From: Phoronis australis | Lineage: Eukaryota; Animalia; Phoronida | Length of the DNA: 64,000 bases | Assembly (NCBI GenBank): GCA_002633005.1 | Contig: NMRA01000401.1 | Span: 83,827-147,826, forward strand | Direction: 5' to 3' | In this document: positions 12,039 through 23,200 of the stretch, in pieces | Layout of the letters: the number at the start of each line of letters is the position of its first letter | Position numbering within the stretch: the first letter of the stretch is position 1 | Program-made: the position numbers and the translations under genes | Notes under the pieces: generated by a model | Database searches by the model: none | The model's input: the letters and a program-made list of their open reading frames with translations, nothing else | What the model was told of the DNA's origin: nothing

Positions 12039-15000
12039 TTATTATTACTATTAATATTATTATCATTATTATTATTTTCATTATTGTTATTAATACTTTT
12101 GTTGTTTTGGCAGTCTTGGGGACAGCATTGCAGCCTCCAATTCGCACCACAAGTCCACTGCAGAAGACAGAAGCACCGATGCACGCCCACCACTGGCTTG
12201 GCATAGTAAGGGGCACACGTTGGTGGGCTCTGAGAAGGAGAACATCCCCGCGGTCAAGAAGGAGCTAGGGGTCAGCAAGAAAATGACCAACAGCATGGAC
12301 ACAACTGTCCAGCAGCTGATTGACAGAATGCAATCTGGCATGGAGGTAGGTAGGGGATCATGATGATACGATCTGCACTCGAGGTGTATTTTTATACAAT
12401 ACGAGAAAAGCAGAAAGAAGTTGTCCAGCAACAAGTGTCGTATTGCTTTAACGAACTCTGCACCAGGGGGAACTACTGCCGAGTTACATTAAGTTATCTC
12501 GAGTTTGTGCTGAAAGTAGAATGGAAAGTGCCAAAAATAATTTCAATCAAGTAGAAAGATTATGTCCTGGCTCCTGGTCAAGACATCCCCTAATTCTGCA
12601 TCTGCCACTAGAATGGCAGCGATGTAGATAGGGTTGCTGCCTAGTTGGGTTCTGCGACTTAGACTCTCGTTCTTCAGTTTCTACTGTAGTATAAGTATAC
12701 GTCTTTGATGCCTCATAGACATTTTTTTATGATGGTATTCCTTTTCAGCTTAAAGATGTGCGGAACTCCGAAATTATTGATGTCTATGAACACAAACTGC
12801 AGTCTTTGCAGGTTAGTGTCTTCCTTTAAAGGTGATTTTCAGCGAAAAGAGTAATTTACAGTATTTAGTAGAAGTGTGGAATTGAACTCGGTCCATTTGA
12901 AGTTGCAGTTGAACGCTGAGCCTAATCACATGCATTATATGGTACGGAATTTTAAGCACATTTAAATGGTAAAGACATTGGCCTTGATTTTAGCGAATGT
13001 CTGGCAGACAGCGATAAGAGCTGGCGAGTTGTAATGAAGTCACAAAAACGACGAATGTTGTTGTTTTAAAATTCCGTTCATTGCTAATAACTTAAAGGCG
13101 TTTATCTCATTCGACAATAATTCCAAATTTTGCATTTTTTACCAAAAAACGATAATGTCTTCAGAATTTACTTTGTGACGTAGAGAAAAAGAGTTTGTGC
13201 CGAACAATGCTTCTATGGTTCAGGGGAGGTAATAATCACTCAGCAGCAGATGGCGGACCAGTTTTGATTGAAATCTCGAAAAATGAGTTTAGTATCCTTT
13301 AAGTGAATTGCTATTTCCTGTCAAATTAGTTCCTTTAGAGAAACATGGCTATGTGTGAATTTTTCTTGCAATGTTTACTCAGACAATGTTAATTTACGAA
13401 ATTGGAATACATTCAAGCTGGCCAGTAGTACTCGAGTTTACAGGTCAATGTTTACTAGGAACGATAAGTGATTCAAGCTTAAATTTAAATTTTAAAAGAT
13501 GACTTGTTTGCAAATGTTATCATTTTAGCTATCTTTAAATATCCGTATAGGGCTAATTAATCAAGCCGCAGTCACGAACTTCAGATTCCAATAAATCGGG
13601 CGAGCGTTAGTGAATCGTGTCGCAATCATTGGTCTCTATGTAATCCATGGTGTCATCGTCTGGAATTAGGAACATCAACTCAACGTATTAAAAAACAGCA
13701 GATGGCTCTACCGTAAAACAAGAAACAAAAGAAAGTTTCAGAGATGGTGCTGCGTGGGGATTAAAGTTCAGAATTTTCGTAACGTAACCTGTGTCCTGCG
13801 CTTACTTTCCAGACCAAGGAGAATCATTTGCAGGACTTACTGGAGGCTAAAGCTCTGGCACTATCACAGGCCGATAGACTCATCTCACAGTACAGATGTA
13901 GACGGGCACAATCAGAGGCGGAGGTAGGGTGGGATGGAGCATCAGTGGAGGGTTGTATGAAACGGTTCCAGATAGGAACATGAATAACGTGTTTCCGAAA
14001 TATTCACTGCATTTGTGGGTGTGCACGAACGCTGGTTGTCCTTTCTTTTTGCTATTTTATCTTCATTACTAAGTCAATCTTAGTTTTGATACAAATTGAG
14101 AGTAAACCATACATTGAGTTCTTGTTTTGGAAAGAAATAAGGACTTTGTTGTGCCACACCTTTAATTTTTGGACTTGGTCCCTAAACACAAATAGGGACC
14201 AAGTCCTTAAATGGGGGGTTGTTGCATAAGAGAAGTGAAAGTACCAGTTTATTTTTATTAAAATAAAGGCACGGGTTTTCACGTAATAGAAAATGTTGTA
14301 AATAACAAGGAGCTCTTAATAATGATAAGAGAGGTGGAAAGAAATAACAACTAGAAGACATGTATTTCAACATTAAACTAACACCTGGCAGAATTTTGTG
14401 GCTTGTGCCATGAAGTCAGAGAATGGATTCCCTGTGACATAGTGACATTCTGTAACAAAGCTTGCTTGCTTCTGTCACATTTTGAGAATTCTGTGGCGAA
14501 ATTTGAGCCAAGTAGGCTGCTATTGTTTTGTTTGGTTTACAGTGATGTTGTCACGCATTTAGTGGCTGTGTTACTTTTTTCACATATTGTAAAATTATGG
14601 AATGCATCATTATCACTGACACGTGCGTGTCATAAGCAAAGTTGATGTGACCTATACGTGCAAAAAGTACCAAAAAAGCTGTGACAATTGAGTCTTCTTT
14701 GACCTTTTGAAAATTTTGAGATGTGACAAATTGTAACTTGCCATTAAACACGACTTCATTCTCCGTATGAAGTGGCATTGACTCTCAGAGTTTTATACTA
14801 CAGTAACATTCACACAATTCCCATCTGACGAGACTTTGAGATTTCGTGCAAGTTTGGCGAAATCTTAACTTATGTGAAGAGCCAGCTTATGCGAGTTTTA
14901 ATGTATTTAAAAATTGAGTGATTTGGAAAAAAGCTCTTAATTTGGTTGCCACGTTCACCCAATATTCTGAGATGTAAATCTTTCTAGATTTTGAGCACAG

Positions 15001-18000
15001 AGGCAGAGATATTGTGTCTGAAATGAAAGTTGGGATTGAAGCAGCACGAAAACGGGATTCTCTTAATGGTGTGATGTCTTCCTTCAAAAAATCAGCAAAG
15101 TTTTCAGGTCGAATTCTTTGTTGATTCTTTACGACATTTTCTTCATTTTTTGCCGTATCTTTGAGGAAATTACAATCTCTTTGCCAGATTTATTGTTTAT
15201 ATTATTAGAAGTCGAATTGAAATTAAACCTGTTCTGCTGGGCTTAACTACTGTACACATCCACGAACATTTGTTACTGAACACAGGAATAAAACTTTCGG
15301 TAAAGTTTTCCAAGTTGCTATCATGGCTTTCCTAGTTTGACCTTGGTTATCGATGAAATTGTTGTCATTTCAGGCACACAAGCTGAGATCTCTAGTGCAG
15401 GAGGCTGAAAAGAGGTGCGAAGAATACAGGGAACAGTTGAATGAGGTGATGCTGGAACGAGAGAGACAACAGACAGAGATAGAACATTATGTACAGGAGA
15501 ATCAGAGGTAGGGAGTTGGGGTGCGCTTTGGTACTTCCGGTTAGGGGGTGCACCGATTGCCTGCACAGATACGTAGATCAATATTTGCAGGAAAAATGGA
15601 GGTTAAGCGTTAGCAGGGCTCTTGTTGTTTCAATTTTGGGATCTGATATTGGCTTCATTTCTCTTAGAAGAATAATTTTAAATGACCTGAAATTTCTCTT
15701 GCCATGACCTAAAATTACTTTCGTGTGGTCAGGCGTTCTCGCCATTGCAGTTAACTATTCAAATGTAGCATTTCTTTCAATTGGTATTCTTCTTTTTGTG
15801 CTCTTTTGTTGCATCAAAACTTTTTCTATGGATTATTTTGCTATGTTTCCGCTAACATAAATTTTCCATTATTTTCCTTAGATTAGAAATTATTGCTGAA
15901 GAACACAAGGAATTGTCAAACACTTTTGCAGAACAAACGAACAGGTGAGTTGTTTGTCGTATGTTGCATCTGGTGATAATTCCATGGTTTTTGACGTTCT
16001 AGTGGCTTGATATAGTTGTTTTGCACAGCTGGGGTGTTTTCTGGCAAGGCAGTATTTTGTGACATGGTGTTAACCTTGTTTCTGATTTATTTCAGCTGTG
16101 ATCTTTAGGCTTGACAATGAGTGATACCTGGGCCTGGTATTTAAATTATTTTTACTTGAAATCAAACTTGAAATTAAAATATATTTGCCGTTTCGTGTTC
16201 TCCTTTGATTCATATAATTAATTTCTTATTATTCCATGCTTGAGTATTTTCTGAATTACGAAAACTGCTGTGTAGTCCAAATTTGCAATTGATGATCCCT
16301 AGATTCGAGTAAAAATTCGAGATTTCAAGTTCAGACTCGAACTTATTGCTTTTAATGCTGGGGTCATCAAGCCCAAAGTAGGACTACACTTTTCTGCATA
16401 AGCCATAATGTACTTGAGCACAGACTACTAGGCACTCATCCTGGGTTCATATCAAAGTTGAGTGAAAAACGTTAAAATAATTTGGAGTTTATTTTGAGTA
16501 AAAGTTTATATACCGGACCCTGGTCTCTGAAACAGCAACAGACTGAGACATTTTGAAATTGCTTGACAATGTTTGATCTGAATGCTTGATATGAAATATT
16601 GAGACATCAGGGCTTGGGGTTTTCCTCTTTAATAAGGACTTCCTCGTATTTGATATCCAGTTTGCTCTTTCTTGTCTATTTTTTGTCATTATTTTGATCT
16701 TATTCATGCAAAAACGTTTATTTCTAAACTTGACAACACAAAAATACTTCTTTAACACAAGCCTTTTCATTCGTGGAGCGATACATCACCTAGAAACTTT
16801 TCCTCATTTTTGTCATTGGTCATTCCAAGCCCTGTAGCATCAGTCATCCGCGTTTACATTTGGCTAAAAAATGCAGCAATGCAAAGTGGGGATGTAACTG
16901 GCATATCATAATGCCACTGAAGAAGTTCTTTTGGCTGGTAAAGCTTATAACGATGGTGAAATTTCCCTATAACACGGTAACTAATTCAAGCTATTTTAAT
17001 GTACACTTTCTTTCAGGATACTCCATGAATTTGTCGTAATCTGTCTCGCAAGTTCTGTTGCTCTATTCATAAGTTGTTGTTTTTGACGTTTCAGACTTGA
17101 AAATGTTCAGCGATCTCTCGCTACTCTCAAACAGGAACACAGCACCATGTGTGAGATGCACGAGATGTTAAGACGACACAACGAGACGTTGAAACAACAA
17201 TATGACGTGTAAGTGTTTTTAAATGCACTGTTACCAAGTGCTAATGAGACTATCAAAAGCACCATTGCTTATACAAGACAAACTTCATGATAGGTTCACT
17301 GATTTGACTGAAAGCATCATTGAACATGACTGCGAAGCCTTTCCAAATGACGTTTTCAAATGACGAGGCATAATTGAGAAAAGGTTCTCGCACTTTTACT
17401 AACGTAGTTCTTTGTAGAAGCCCCGACTCTGTATGATATTACTGCATCAAGATTATAAAGGTCTGAGAGATGCCGTTTTAACGTTTATTTTTGTTATTTA
17501 CGGTAAAATCTAAATAATTGCCAAATTTGCTCTTTTTTCTTTTTCAAGGGCTAAAGAACGTTGTAATTTGCAATAGTCCGTATATTTCAAAATATTCTTC
17601 GGTGGTACCTTTGGTGCTGAACTTTAACGTGTAAAAGTATTAATTTGCTGCTGAAGTTTTTTGTGGAAAAAATGAAATTTCACTTGTCCATCATATTGTG
17701 TCCTAAAATAGCGAGGCTCTACCCTGCGCAGTTTGTTTTTACGAGCAGCGTGAGTACATCATAAACTTTCCTTCTCTAGCGCTTCACAGCAGTTAGCTGA
17801 ACTTGAAGAGGAACGAAAAACCTTAACAAGACAATTGAAGGAGAAAGAATCTAAAATACAAGGTAAGTAGAATCACTTTGCTTAAGATAAAAATTCTTAG
17901 ATTTGGAACAACAATAATTGCTAAAATTTCCATATTTCTACTTCTCAGAGGCTCGCCACTTAGTTGCAAATACTCAAAATTTTACCAACTGTTGTTTTTG

Positions 18001-19942
18001 TTTTTGGTAACAGCTAACCTAAACATACAAACCATGCGAAAAGCAAACTAAGTAGATTTGTTTAAAAAGTCATTTTTGTTAAGAAATTTGACACCTTGAA
18101 ATTTTTCTTGTCTGCCAAACTGAAAACGTTTTGCCATGTCTGGCTTTATTTCAGGTATGGAAATTGTTTTTATTTTGACGCTTTTTGTTTACTGCTTTGA
18201 TGTAGGGAATACAATCCACCTAAAACTGTAATCAAAACAGACAGGGCCTTTCTTACGAATAACAGTTTGTTACTCACAAAAAGGTATTTCACCATTTGCT
18301 GAGTAAAATCTTCCAAAAATCATTGCCAAAACTGTTGTTTACAATTTTTCAATGGCTGAAAGCCTTGCTGAAAATAGTTCAGTTATCACAAAGCAATGTG
18401 TTGCGGTAGTTGTAGAGTTGAAACTTTCCTGATAATATTGAGTAAAGTTTGTTTAATAACTTTGATATGTGTCGACAAATTTTTCAAACTTTTATTTTGT
18501 TCTTGCCTTCATTATTGCGCAAAGAATTACTGAATTGGTGGCAGTCAGTGACATCCTGAGCCTTCTCACAATCCAGGCTCAGTTGTTCACAATACATGAG
18601 GGGTAATAAAACGTTTACCTTCGCAGCCAGGACACTGTACACCCTTTGTTGAGCTGTGTTTAGTTATAGTCCAACTGGGGTAGCTGTATGATTAAGAGAG
18701 GTTTCACTAAGAACTACTTTCACTGACGTTGCATGTCAATTTCAAAATGCTTATTATGTGTGAATAACAGCCACGATTTCCAACCGTCTTTAGTGATACG
18801 TGAGTAATTCATTGCACTACCATCCCGTCATGTCTGCCGACGTCATTACAGATCTATCCAAACAATGTCAGAAGCAGCAGGAGCTCGTTAAGAAGCTGGA
18901 GGCCGACTCCAGTGAACTAGAGGCAGCCATAGACAAACTACGCAGTGATCTGTCCAAGACTGAACAAGCCAAGAAGGACCTCTCGCATCAGGTTTGTAAA
19001 AAATGGTTCATGCTTCAGTTTGGAAGTTTGAATCACAAGTCAGTAGCCACATCTCAGATTCTATTCTCTTCTTTTGGGAAAGTAGAAAAACGCGTTGTGT
19101 GATTAACCAAGTTGTCAAAAATATTAGGCGCATAAAAGCACATCCGAGTCGAGGACAATTAAAGAATAATTCATCCTCCAAACCCCTCTTGTCAAATTTT
19201 TTTGGTGCCTGCATTTTAGAATGATACATTTCTCACACCAAGAAGGTTTCCTTGAGCCTGGTTATACTTATGGCAACAAGCCTGGAAACAGAATTGTAAA
19301 GTACTTTATGGATAAAGCAAAAAAGTATTAATTAAAACGTGCTGTATTTCTTATTAAACCTTTTTCTGACACTTGTGTTCTGGGAATCCGTAAAGATCAT
19401 AGAAACTCGTACTTGTGCCTCCTCAGCAGTCCGGACATAGTGTGAGCGGTTTTCAGATGTTCCCCAGTAGGATAATTAAGACGTTCTCTTTAAATTCCCA
19501 TAATGCATTTCTGTAGTATTCAGTTCCCAGGGACATCTGAGCTAATCGTGTATTCTAAATATGTAATGCAGACAGATATGTGTCATTACTGACTAAACAA
19601 TATGAATAATGTGGATAAAAAGATGAATATTTAGACAGCACACGTATTTTACAATAAAAAACCAACGTTCCAAAGCACACGTTGCTGGGAATGTTCGGTT
19701 TTCAATATTTGTGCTTATATTCATCGTGTTTCCATTTCATTAATTCTGGAAAATTATTGATTTTTGTCAATTCCCAGGTGTCATCTTTAGAAGTTGTCTG
19801 TCGACAACACGAGTCAGACATCCGTGAGAAGGAGACGGCCATTAGGACGTTACAGACAGATCTTGACAAGCACGCGCAGATCGCTGCTTTGATTCACGGA
19901 CTTAGTAGCGGAAAGGTGCCTCCCACACAGGTCAACTTGTGA
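1328..19942 (+). CDS. CIP2A: CIP2A (cancerous inhibitor of PP2A, KIAA1524) ortholog; 21 coding exons in window, first exon upstream
   Basis: Spliced CDS of 2649 nt, all GT-AG, phases consistent. Peptides match recalled CIP2A: [62 protein letters not shown], and C-terminus [23 protein letters not shown]. Armadillo N-half and coiled-coil C-half. Confidence 0.95.
1630..2130. mobile_element. hAT-like MITE with 6-bp TSD (hAT6-type), copy 1
   Basis: TIR CAGGGCTTGGAAT...ATTCCTAGCCCTG; TSD TTAATG at 1624-1629 and 2131-2136; repeated subterminal TTCCGC; close homolog at 3962-4456. Confidence 0.85.
2692..2804 (+). CDS. CIP2A: CIP2A coding exon 3
   Basis: ccag|..CAG|gtaaac; [38 protein letters not shown]. 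Confidence 0.85.
3197..3291 (+). CDS. CIP2A: CIP2A coding exon 4
   Basis: [31 protein letters not shown]; AG/GT flanks. Confidence 0.9.
3677..3773 (+). CDS. CIP2A: CIP2A coding exon 5
   Basis: [32 protein letters not shown]; AG/GT flanks. Confidence 0.92.
3962..4456. mobile_element. hAT-like MITE with 6-bp TSD (hAT6-type), copy 2
   Basis: TIR CAGGGCTTGGAAT...ATTCCAAGCCCTG; TSD GGTAAT at 3956-3961 and 4457-4462. Solo right ends of the family also end at 16834 and 41460. Confidence 0.85.
4598..4720 (+). CDS. CIP2A: CIP2A coding exon 6
   Basis: [41 protein letters not shown]. Confidence 0.92.
5426..5830 (-). mobile_element. Internally deleted THAP-encoding DNA transposon (possibly ISL2EU/Harbinger-like)
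   Basis: TIR GGGCCGTCC...GGACGGCCC; minus-strand [31 protein letters not shown] resembles a THAP N-terminus; homolog at 41680-41950. Confidence 0.65.
6043..6188 (+). CDS. CIP2A: CIP2A coding exon 7
   Basis: [48 protein letters not shown]. Confidence 0.93.
6815..6890 (+). CDS. CIP2A: CIP2A coding exon 8
   Basis: [25 protein letters not shown]; gtgagt donor. Confidence 0.9.
7495..7707 (+). CDS. CIP2A: CIP2A coding exon 9
   Basis: [36 protein letters not shown]. Confidence 0.92.
8606..8786. mobile_element. About 180-bp MITE, copy 1
   Basis: Imperfect TIR TAATTGACCTATTGC...GCGATAGTTGAATTA; colinear homolog at 27418-27590. Confidence 0.7.
9007..9163 (+). CDS. CIP2A: CIP2A coding exon 10
   Basis: [37 protein letters not shown]. 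Confidence 0.9.
9766..9913 (+). CDS. CIP2A: CIP2A coding exon 11
   Basis: [48 protein letters not shown]. Confidence 0.85.
10363..10632. mobile_element. Harbinger-like MITE flanked by CAG
   Basis: TIR GGGTCTGTGTCATGAA...TTCACGAAACAGACCGC with CAG on both sides; partial homologs near 8125-8280, 34250-34298 and 51835-52062. Confidence 0.65.
10743..10842 (+). CDS. CIP2A: CIP2A coding exon 12
   Basis: [33 protein letters not shown]. Confidence 0.85.
11285..11403 (+). CDS. CIP2A: CIP2A coding exon 13
   Basis: [39 protein letters not shown]. Confidence 0.88.
11963..12092. repeat. (ATT/ATC)n microsatellite
   Basis: Imperfect trinucleotide run ending about 20 nt before the exon 14 acceptor. Confidence 0.95.
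12114..12345 (+). CDS. CIP2A: CIP2A coding exon 14
   Basis: [36 protein letters not shown]. Confidence 0.9.
12749..12811 (+). CDS. CIP2A: CIP2A coding exon 15
   Basis: [21 protein letters not shown]. Confidence 0.9.
12830..13298. mobile_element. Possible Kolobok-type non-autonomous element
   Basis: TTAA|AGG...CCT|TTAA ends; TIR similarity beyond the termini is weak. Confidence 0.4.
13813..13923 (+). CDS. CIP2A: CIP2A coding exon 16
   Basis: [37 protein letters not shown]. Confidence 0.93.
15374..15507 (+). CDS. CIP2A: CIP2A coding exon 17
   Basis: [44 protein letters not shown]. Confidence 0.9.
15882..15944 (+). CDS. CIP2A: CIP2A coding exon 18
   Basis: [20 protein letters not shown]; gtgagt donor. 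Confidence 0.88.
16300..16445. repeat. Dispersed repeat fragment shared with about 57905-58040
   Basis: Shared colinear blocks AAAA.TC.AG.TTTC.AGTTCA, GCTTT.A.GCTGGGGTCA and GCATAA.CCA.A.TGTACT. Confidence 0.55.
17095..17208 (+). CDS. CIP2A: CIP2A coding exon 19
   Basis: [37 protein letters not shown]; gtaagt donor. Confidence 0.88.
17780..17862 (+). CDS. CIP2A: CIP2A coding exon 20
   Basis: [27 protein letters not shown]; gtaagt donor. Confidence 0.88.
18852..18991 (+). CDS. CIP2A: CIP2A coding exon 21
   Basis: [46 protein letters not shown]. Confidence 0.9.
19778..19942 (+). CDS. CIP2A: CIP2A last coding exon
   Basis: [54 protein letters not shown]. Confidence 0.93.
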   Translation: MSSLEVVCRQHESDIREKETAIRTLQTDLDKHAQIAALIHGLSSGKVPPTQVNL

Positions 19943-20061
19943 CCCTCTCGTAGTTAATGGGAGACTGCTGTTGAAGTGTATCTGTGTATTTAGTTTTCTT
20001 ATTGTCATATATGTACGTCTTTAGGCCCATGCATTTGTTTTGAAATAATGCATGGGGGATA

Positions 20062-20067
20062 AATAAA
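20062..20067 (+). promoter_or_regulatory. Candidate CIP2A polyadenylation signal (alternative distal AATAAA at 22024-22029)
   Basis: AATAAA 120 nt after the stop codon. Confidence 0.45.
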
Positions 20068-20192
20068 TGTTGAGCCAGAAAAGAGGTTACAACGATTAGG
20101 TAATCTCAGTACTATCGCAAGCATTTAAGTCTGGTCTACAAGTCAGATGTTGGCCACATCACGACATAATGAATATAAGTCTGAAAAGGTCA

Positions 20193-20268
20193 CTGCTCCA
20201 ACCGGGACTCGAACCCGGGACCTTCTTCTAACCGTGCAGACGCTGTAATCCTCTGAGCCATCGGAACC
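20193..20268 (-). mobile_element. tRNA-derived SINE head or tRNA pseudogene
   Basis: Minus strand GGTTCCGA-TGGCTCAGAGG (A box)...GGTTCGAGTCC (B box); anticodon arm is broken. Confidence 0.65.
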
Positions 20269-23200
20269 TCAATACTGTTGCAGATAAACTTTTGTGTCGC
20301 TGTACTCTATATAATGATTTCCGAAGGAAACACTTTATAATGAGGCTGACAATTTTTTTTTTTATTCTCATCTAGGTTAAGAAACGTTTTTAATGGTCAC
20401 TCTACTTGGAGAGCTTTGTGTTTTTATGCACAATGCATTTTTTAAACACCCACAGTGTTTACTTGTTTAATTGTTAACAGTGATTTATAAGTCAAATGGT
20501 TTGGGTCTTATTTTTTCACATTTCACTTGTGTGTTTTTCACTTAAGCTTCACTTAAAGGCACAAGTGGTTGGCTTGTCTTAAATTAACTGTTAACAGTTG
20601 TCTGTGTTTTTTGGCTAGTTTTTGCTTTCAATTGCATTTCATTGGTCAATGTTGAATTGTACACACATCACTATCTGCTGTTTTCTAATGGACAAGTCGA
20701 ATTTTACTCACATGCGATTTTAAAGCGCTTGTTCAAGTGTGTTGAATATTGGGGTTTGGTCTGAATTCTATATATTAGTGTAGCATCTCGCATGTGCGCA
20801 TGAACCTAAATACGCACATTATATAATTTTAGTGTTTGTAAGCCTACTTCGGTCGTCGTGAATGTATTGTAATTTTCAAAAAGTTGATGAAATTCATCTA
20901 ATTTAATGAAAAGGTTATGTCAAAAATTGTTAAGGAGATCTGAAAAAGTATCCTCTCTCCTTTCCGCTGTCACTGGGTGCTACAGTCGATACCCGTTAAA
21001 ACAAACGCTCCAAGGAGTTGTCTAAAATATCCAGAGTAGCAGAAGTTTGCTGAAACCAAATCAAACTATACTCTACAGTTGGCTTGGGACCTGTGTAATG
21101 GAGTGATATAAGTAAGACAAACCTATAAACCAAGTTCACATTGAAACAATCTGTCAAATGATGAGGGTAGGCCTGTTTACGTTTTAATTGTCTTTTTTGA
21201 TCGAATTACCCGTTAAAATTTACCTGGTAAAACTAGTGGATATTATTCGCAAATGCCCAGTAAAATGTATGACAGCTGCAATAAATCAGTTGGGCCTCCT
21301 GCAGATACGAGGATGGAGTTTGATAACGCCAAGACCCATGCTAGGACCTCTCTTACAAGCAAGGCTTAGCAAGGCTTCGAGAGACTACTGAGATATTGCT
21401 GTATTTTTTAAATGAGATCATGTGATTTTGGCTAGATTTTTCTAGCTGTGAGACATCTACTGAACTGCGGCCAGAGGGAGATTGTAATCTGCAGGCAAAC
21501 AAGACCAATAAACCCCCCTTACCTGCTAAGAGATGGCGCTTCGTAAAATACTGGAGAAATAGCAGAGAAAGTCATGTAAATAGTCACAGCCGAAAGTAAG
21601 CACAAAAATAGCGAAGAAATAGCGGGAAAATTTTTCGCATGTGAATGTTGCTATGGTAACAAAAGCTATTACGGTGACAAAAACTGTTTATTACTAATTG
21701 CTGCTGTACAATGTAAATGTGGGGGTCAAGTGAAAGTGAGGATTAAAATTGCTTTGAGCCTGTTCTGTGCATATTTGAGTTCTTTTGCCACCCTTAGTTT
21801 TGTATGTAGGATAGCAGTTTTTACCATTTTTATGTTGTATATTTTTGAAAATATTTATAATTATTGTGCACATGTAAATAATGAGTGTATATATATCTAT
21901 ATAGTATGTACAGCCAAATATTCTGGTATCCAACTTAATTGATACAACCAAACTGTGTTTTTACCCAATACCTACAAAATTAGGTGGGCCCTAGTGTGTC
22001 TCATACAATTGTATTTTATTGTAAATAAACGTATTATTTACCCTTAACCCTTGGGAGTTGTTCCGAGTTGCCATCTTGGTGATGAGGGCACTTGGCTGCT
22101 CCTTGGTTGCATAATTTCATTTGGCCAATGCCATGGCTTATTCAAACTAAAAAACCACCCCGTGGGCCTAGCCGTCATTCTTTGATCTCGCACACATATC
22201 AGCTTTCGCGAAAGCAGAGATAGCAGGCTTCCTCTCTCGTTTTGTTGGGCTCTGTTGCAATGAATCAGCCTTGCCTGGCTTCACTGGAACATTGAAGTTG
22301 TCAGTGTAAACAAATAACCACAATTAGTCTTTGAAGCATTAAAATTCACCCCAAAATAGTAACGTTGTGCTAGCTGTGGAGTCCAGTACACTTTCCAAAA
22401 ACACGACGCACTAACAATAACACGAATCTGCTGCCAGTGTCTGCAGTGTAACTGCTTCAGATGAATCATTTAAAGACAGTCTTATTAACCTGCCTGTCGG
22501 ATTACGACTCTTGTTTCGCGCACGCTGAGTTTCAATGTTTCGCTTATGCTGAAATTGGTTGCATTTCGTAGACGCAAGACACCCGTGAATAAAGATGTGT
22601 GATCACGTGCTTTGCTTGTAATACATGGTGATATCTCGCGTAGACTTGCGTGACTTCATTTTGCGAGTATGTTGCGTCAATGTAATCCAGTCCTGGCTTG
22701 CCCATTGTTGAGTTTGGATTATTGTTTTTATACTTAACCTTCATTCTAGTGACGGGCAAGGATTGACAGATTCAACAAGCGCTCTTTTCTTGTATATTTG
22801 AATCAATCAATCAGCCAATCATTTATTTTAGTGACCTGTAACAATTGCTACCCAGCCACAACTTATACTTATAAGTCTGGGACCATTTCAAAGCGAACGA
22901 ACAAAAATAGGCAACACATACTTGTATATAATGACAAAAAGAAAATCAGACCAACTTTCTCAATCACTCTCAATTTAGCGGTAAACAACGGATTTTTATC
23001 GCCTGAGAAATGCGTTATGAATAAAACTGATAAGTACTAATTTACTCAGTGGTGTTAGTCATTAACGGTTGAAATTGGTTACGGATCGTTAAGAGTCTCT
23101 GCTTGGAAAAAGGCTACGGAATTATTTACTGAAAGTTTTCCATTGCATCATCCAGTGGAGCTGTGTCCTTCCAATGCGAGAATCCTAAAGTGCCAGTGAT

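Noticed and set aside
11935-12216. Poly-Asn, poly-Ile and poly-Leu ORFs in the track
   Set aside because: Translations of the (ATT)n microsatellite; the real coding part is CIP2A exon 14 in another frame.
16608-16834. Complete short copy of the 6-bp-TSD MITE
   Set aside because: The right end is genuine, but the left match is only 10 bp and the flanks (AGACAT versus TAGCAT) disagree.
20193-20268. Functional tRNA gene (also 25281-25350, 31838-31932, 33804-33875, 43880-43964)
   Set aside because: A/B boxes are present but acceptor or anticodon stems do not close properly; better explained as SINE or pseudogene heads.
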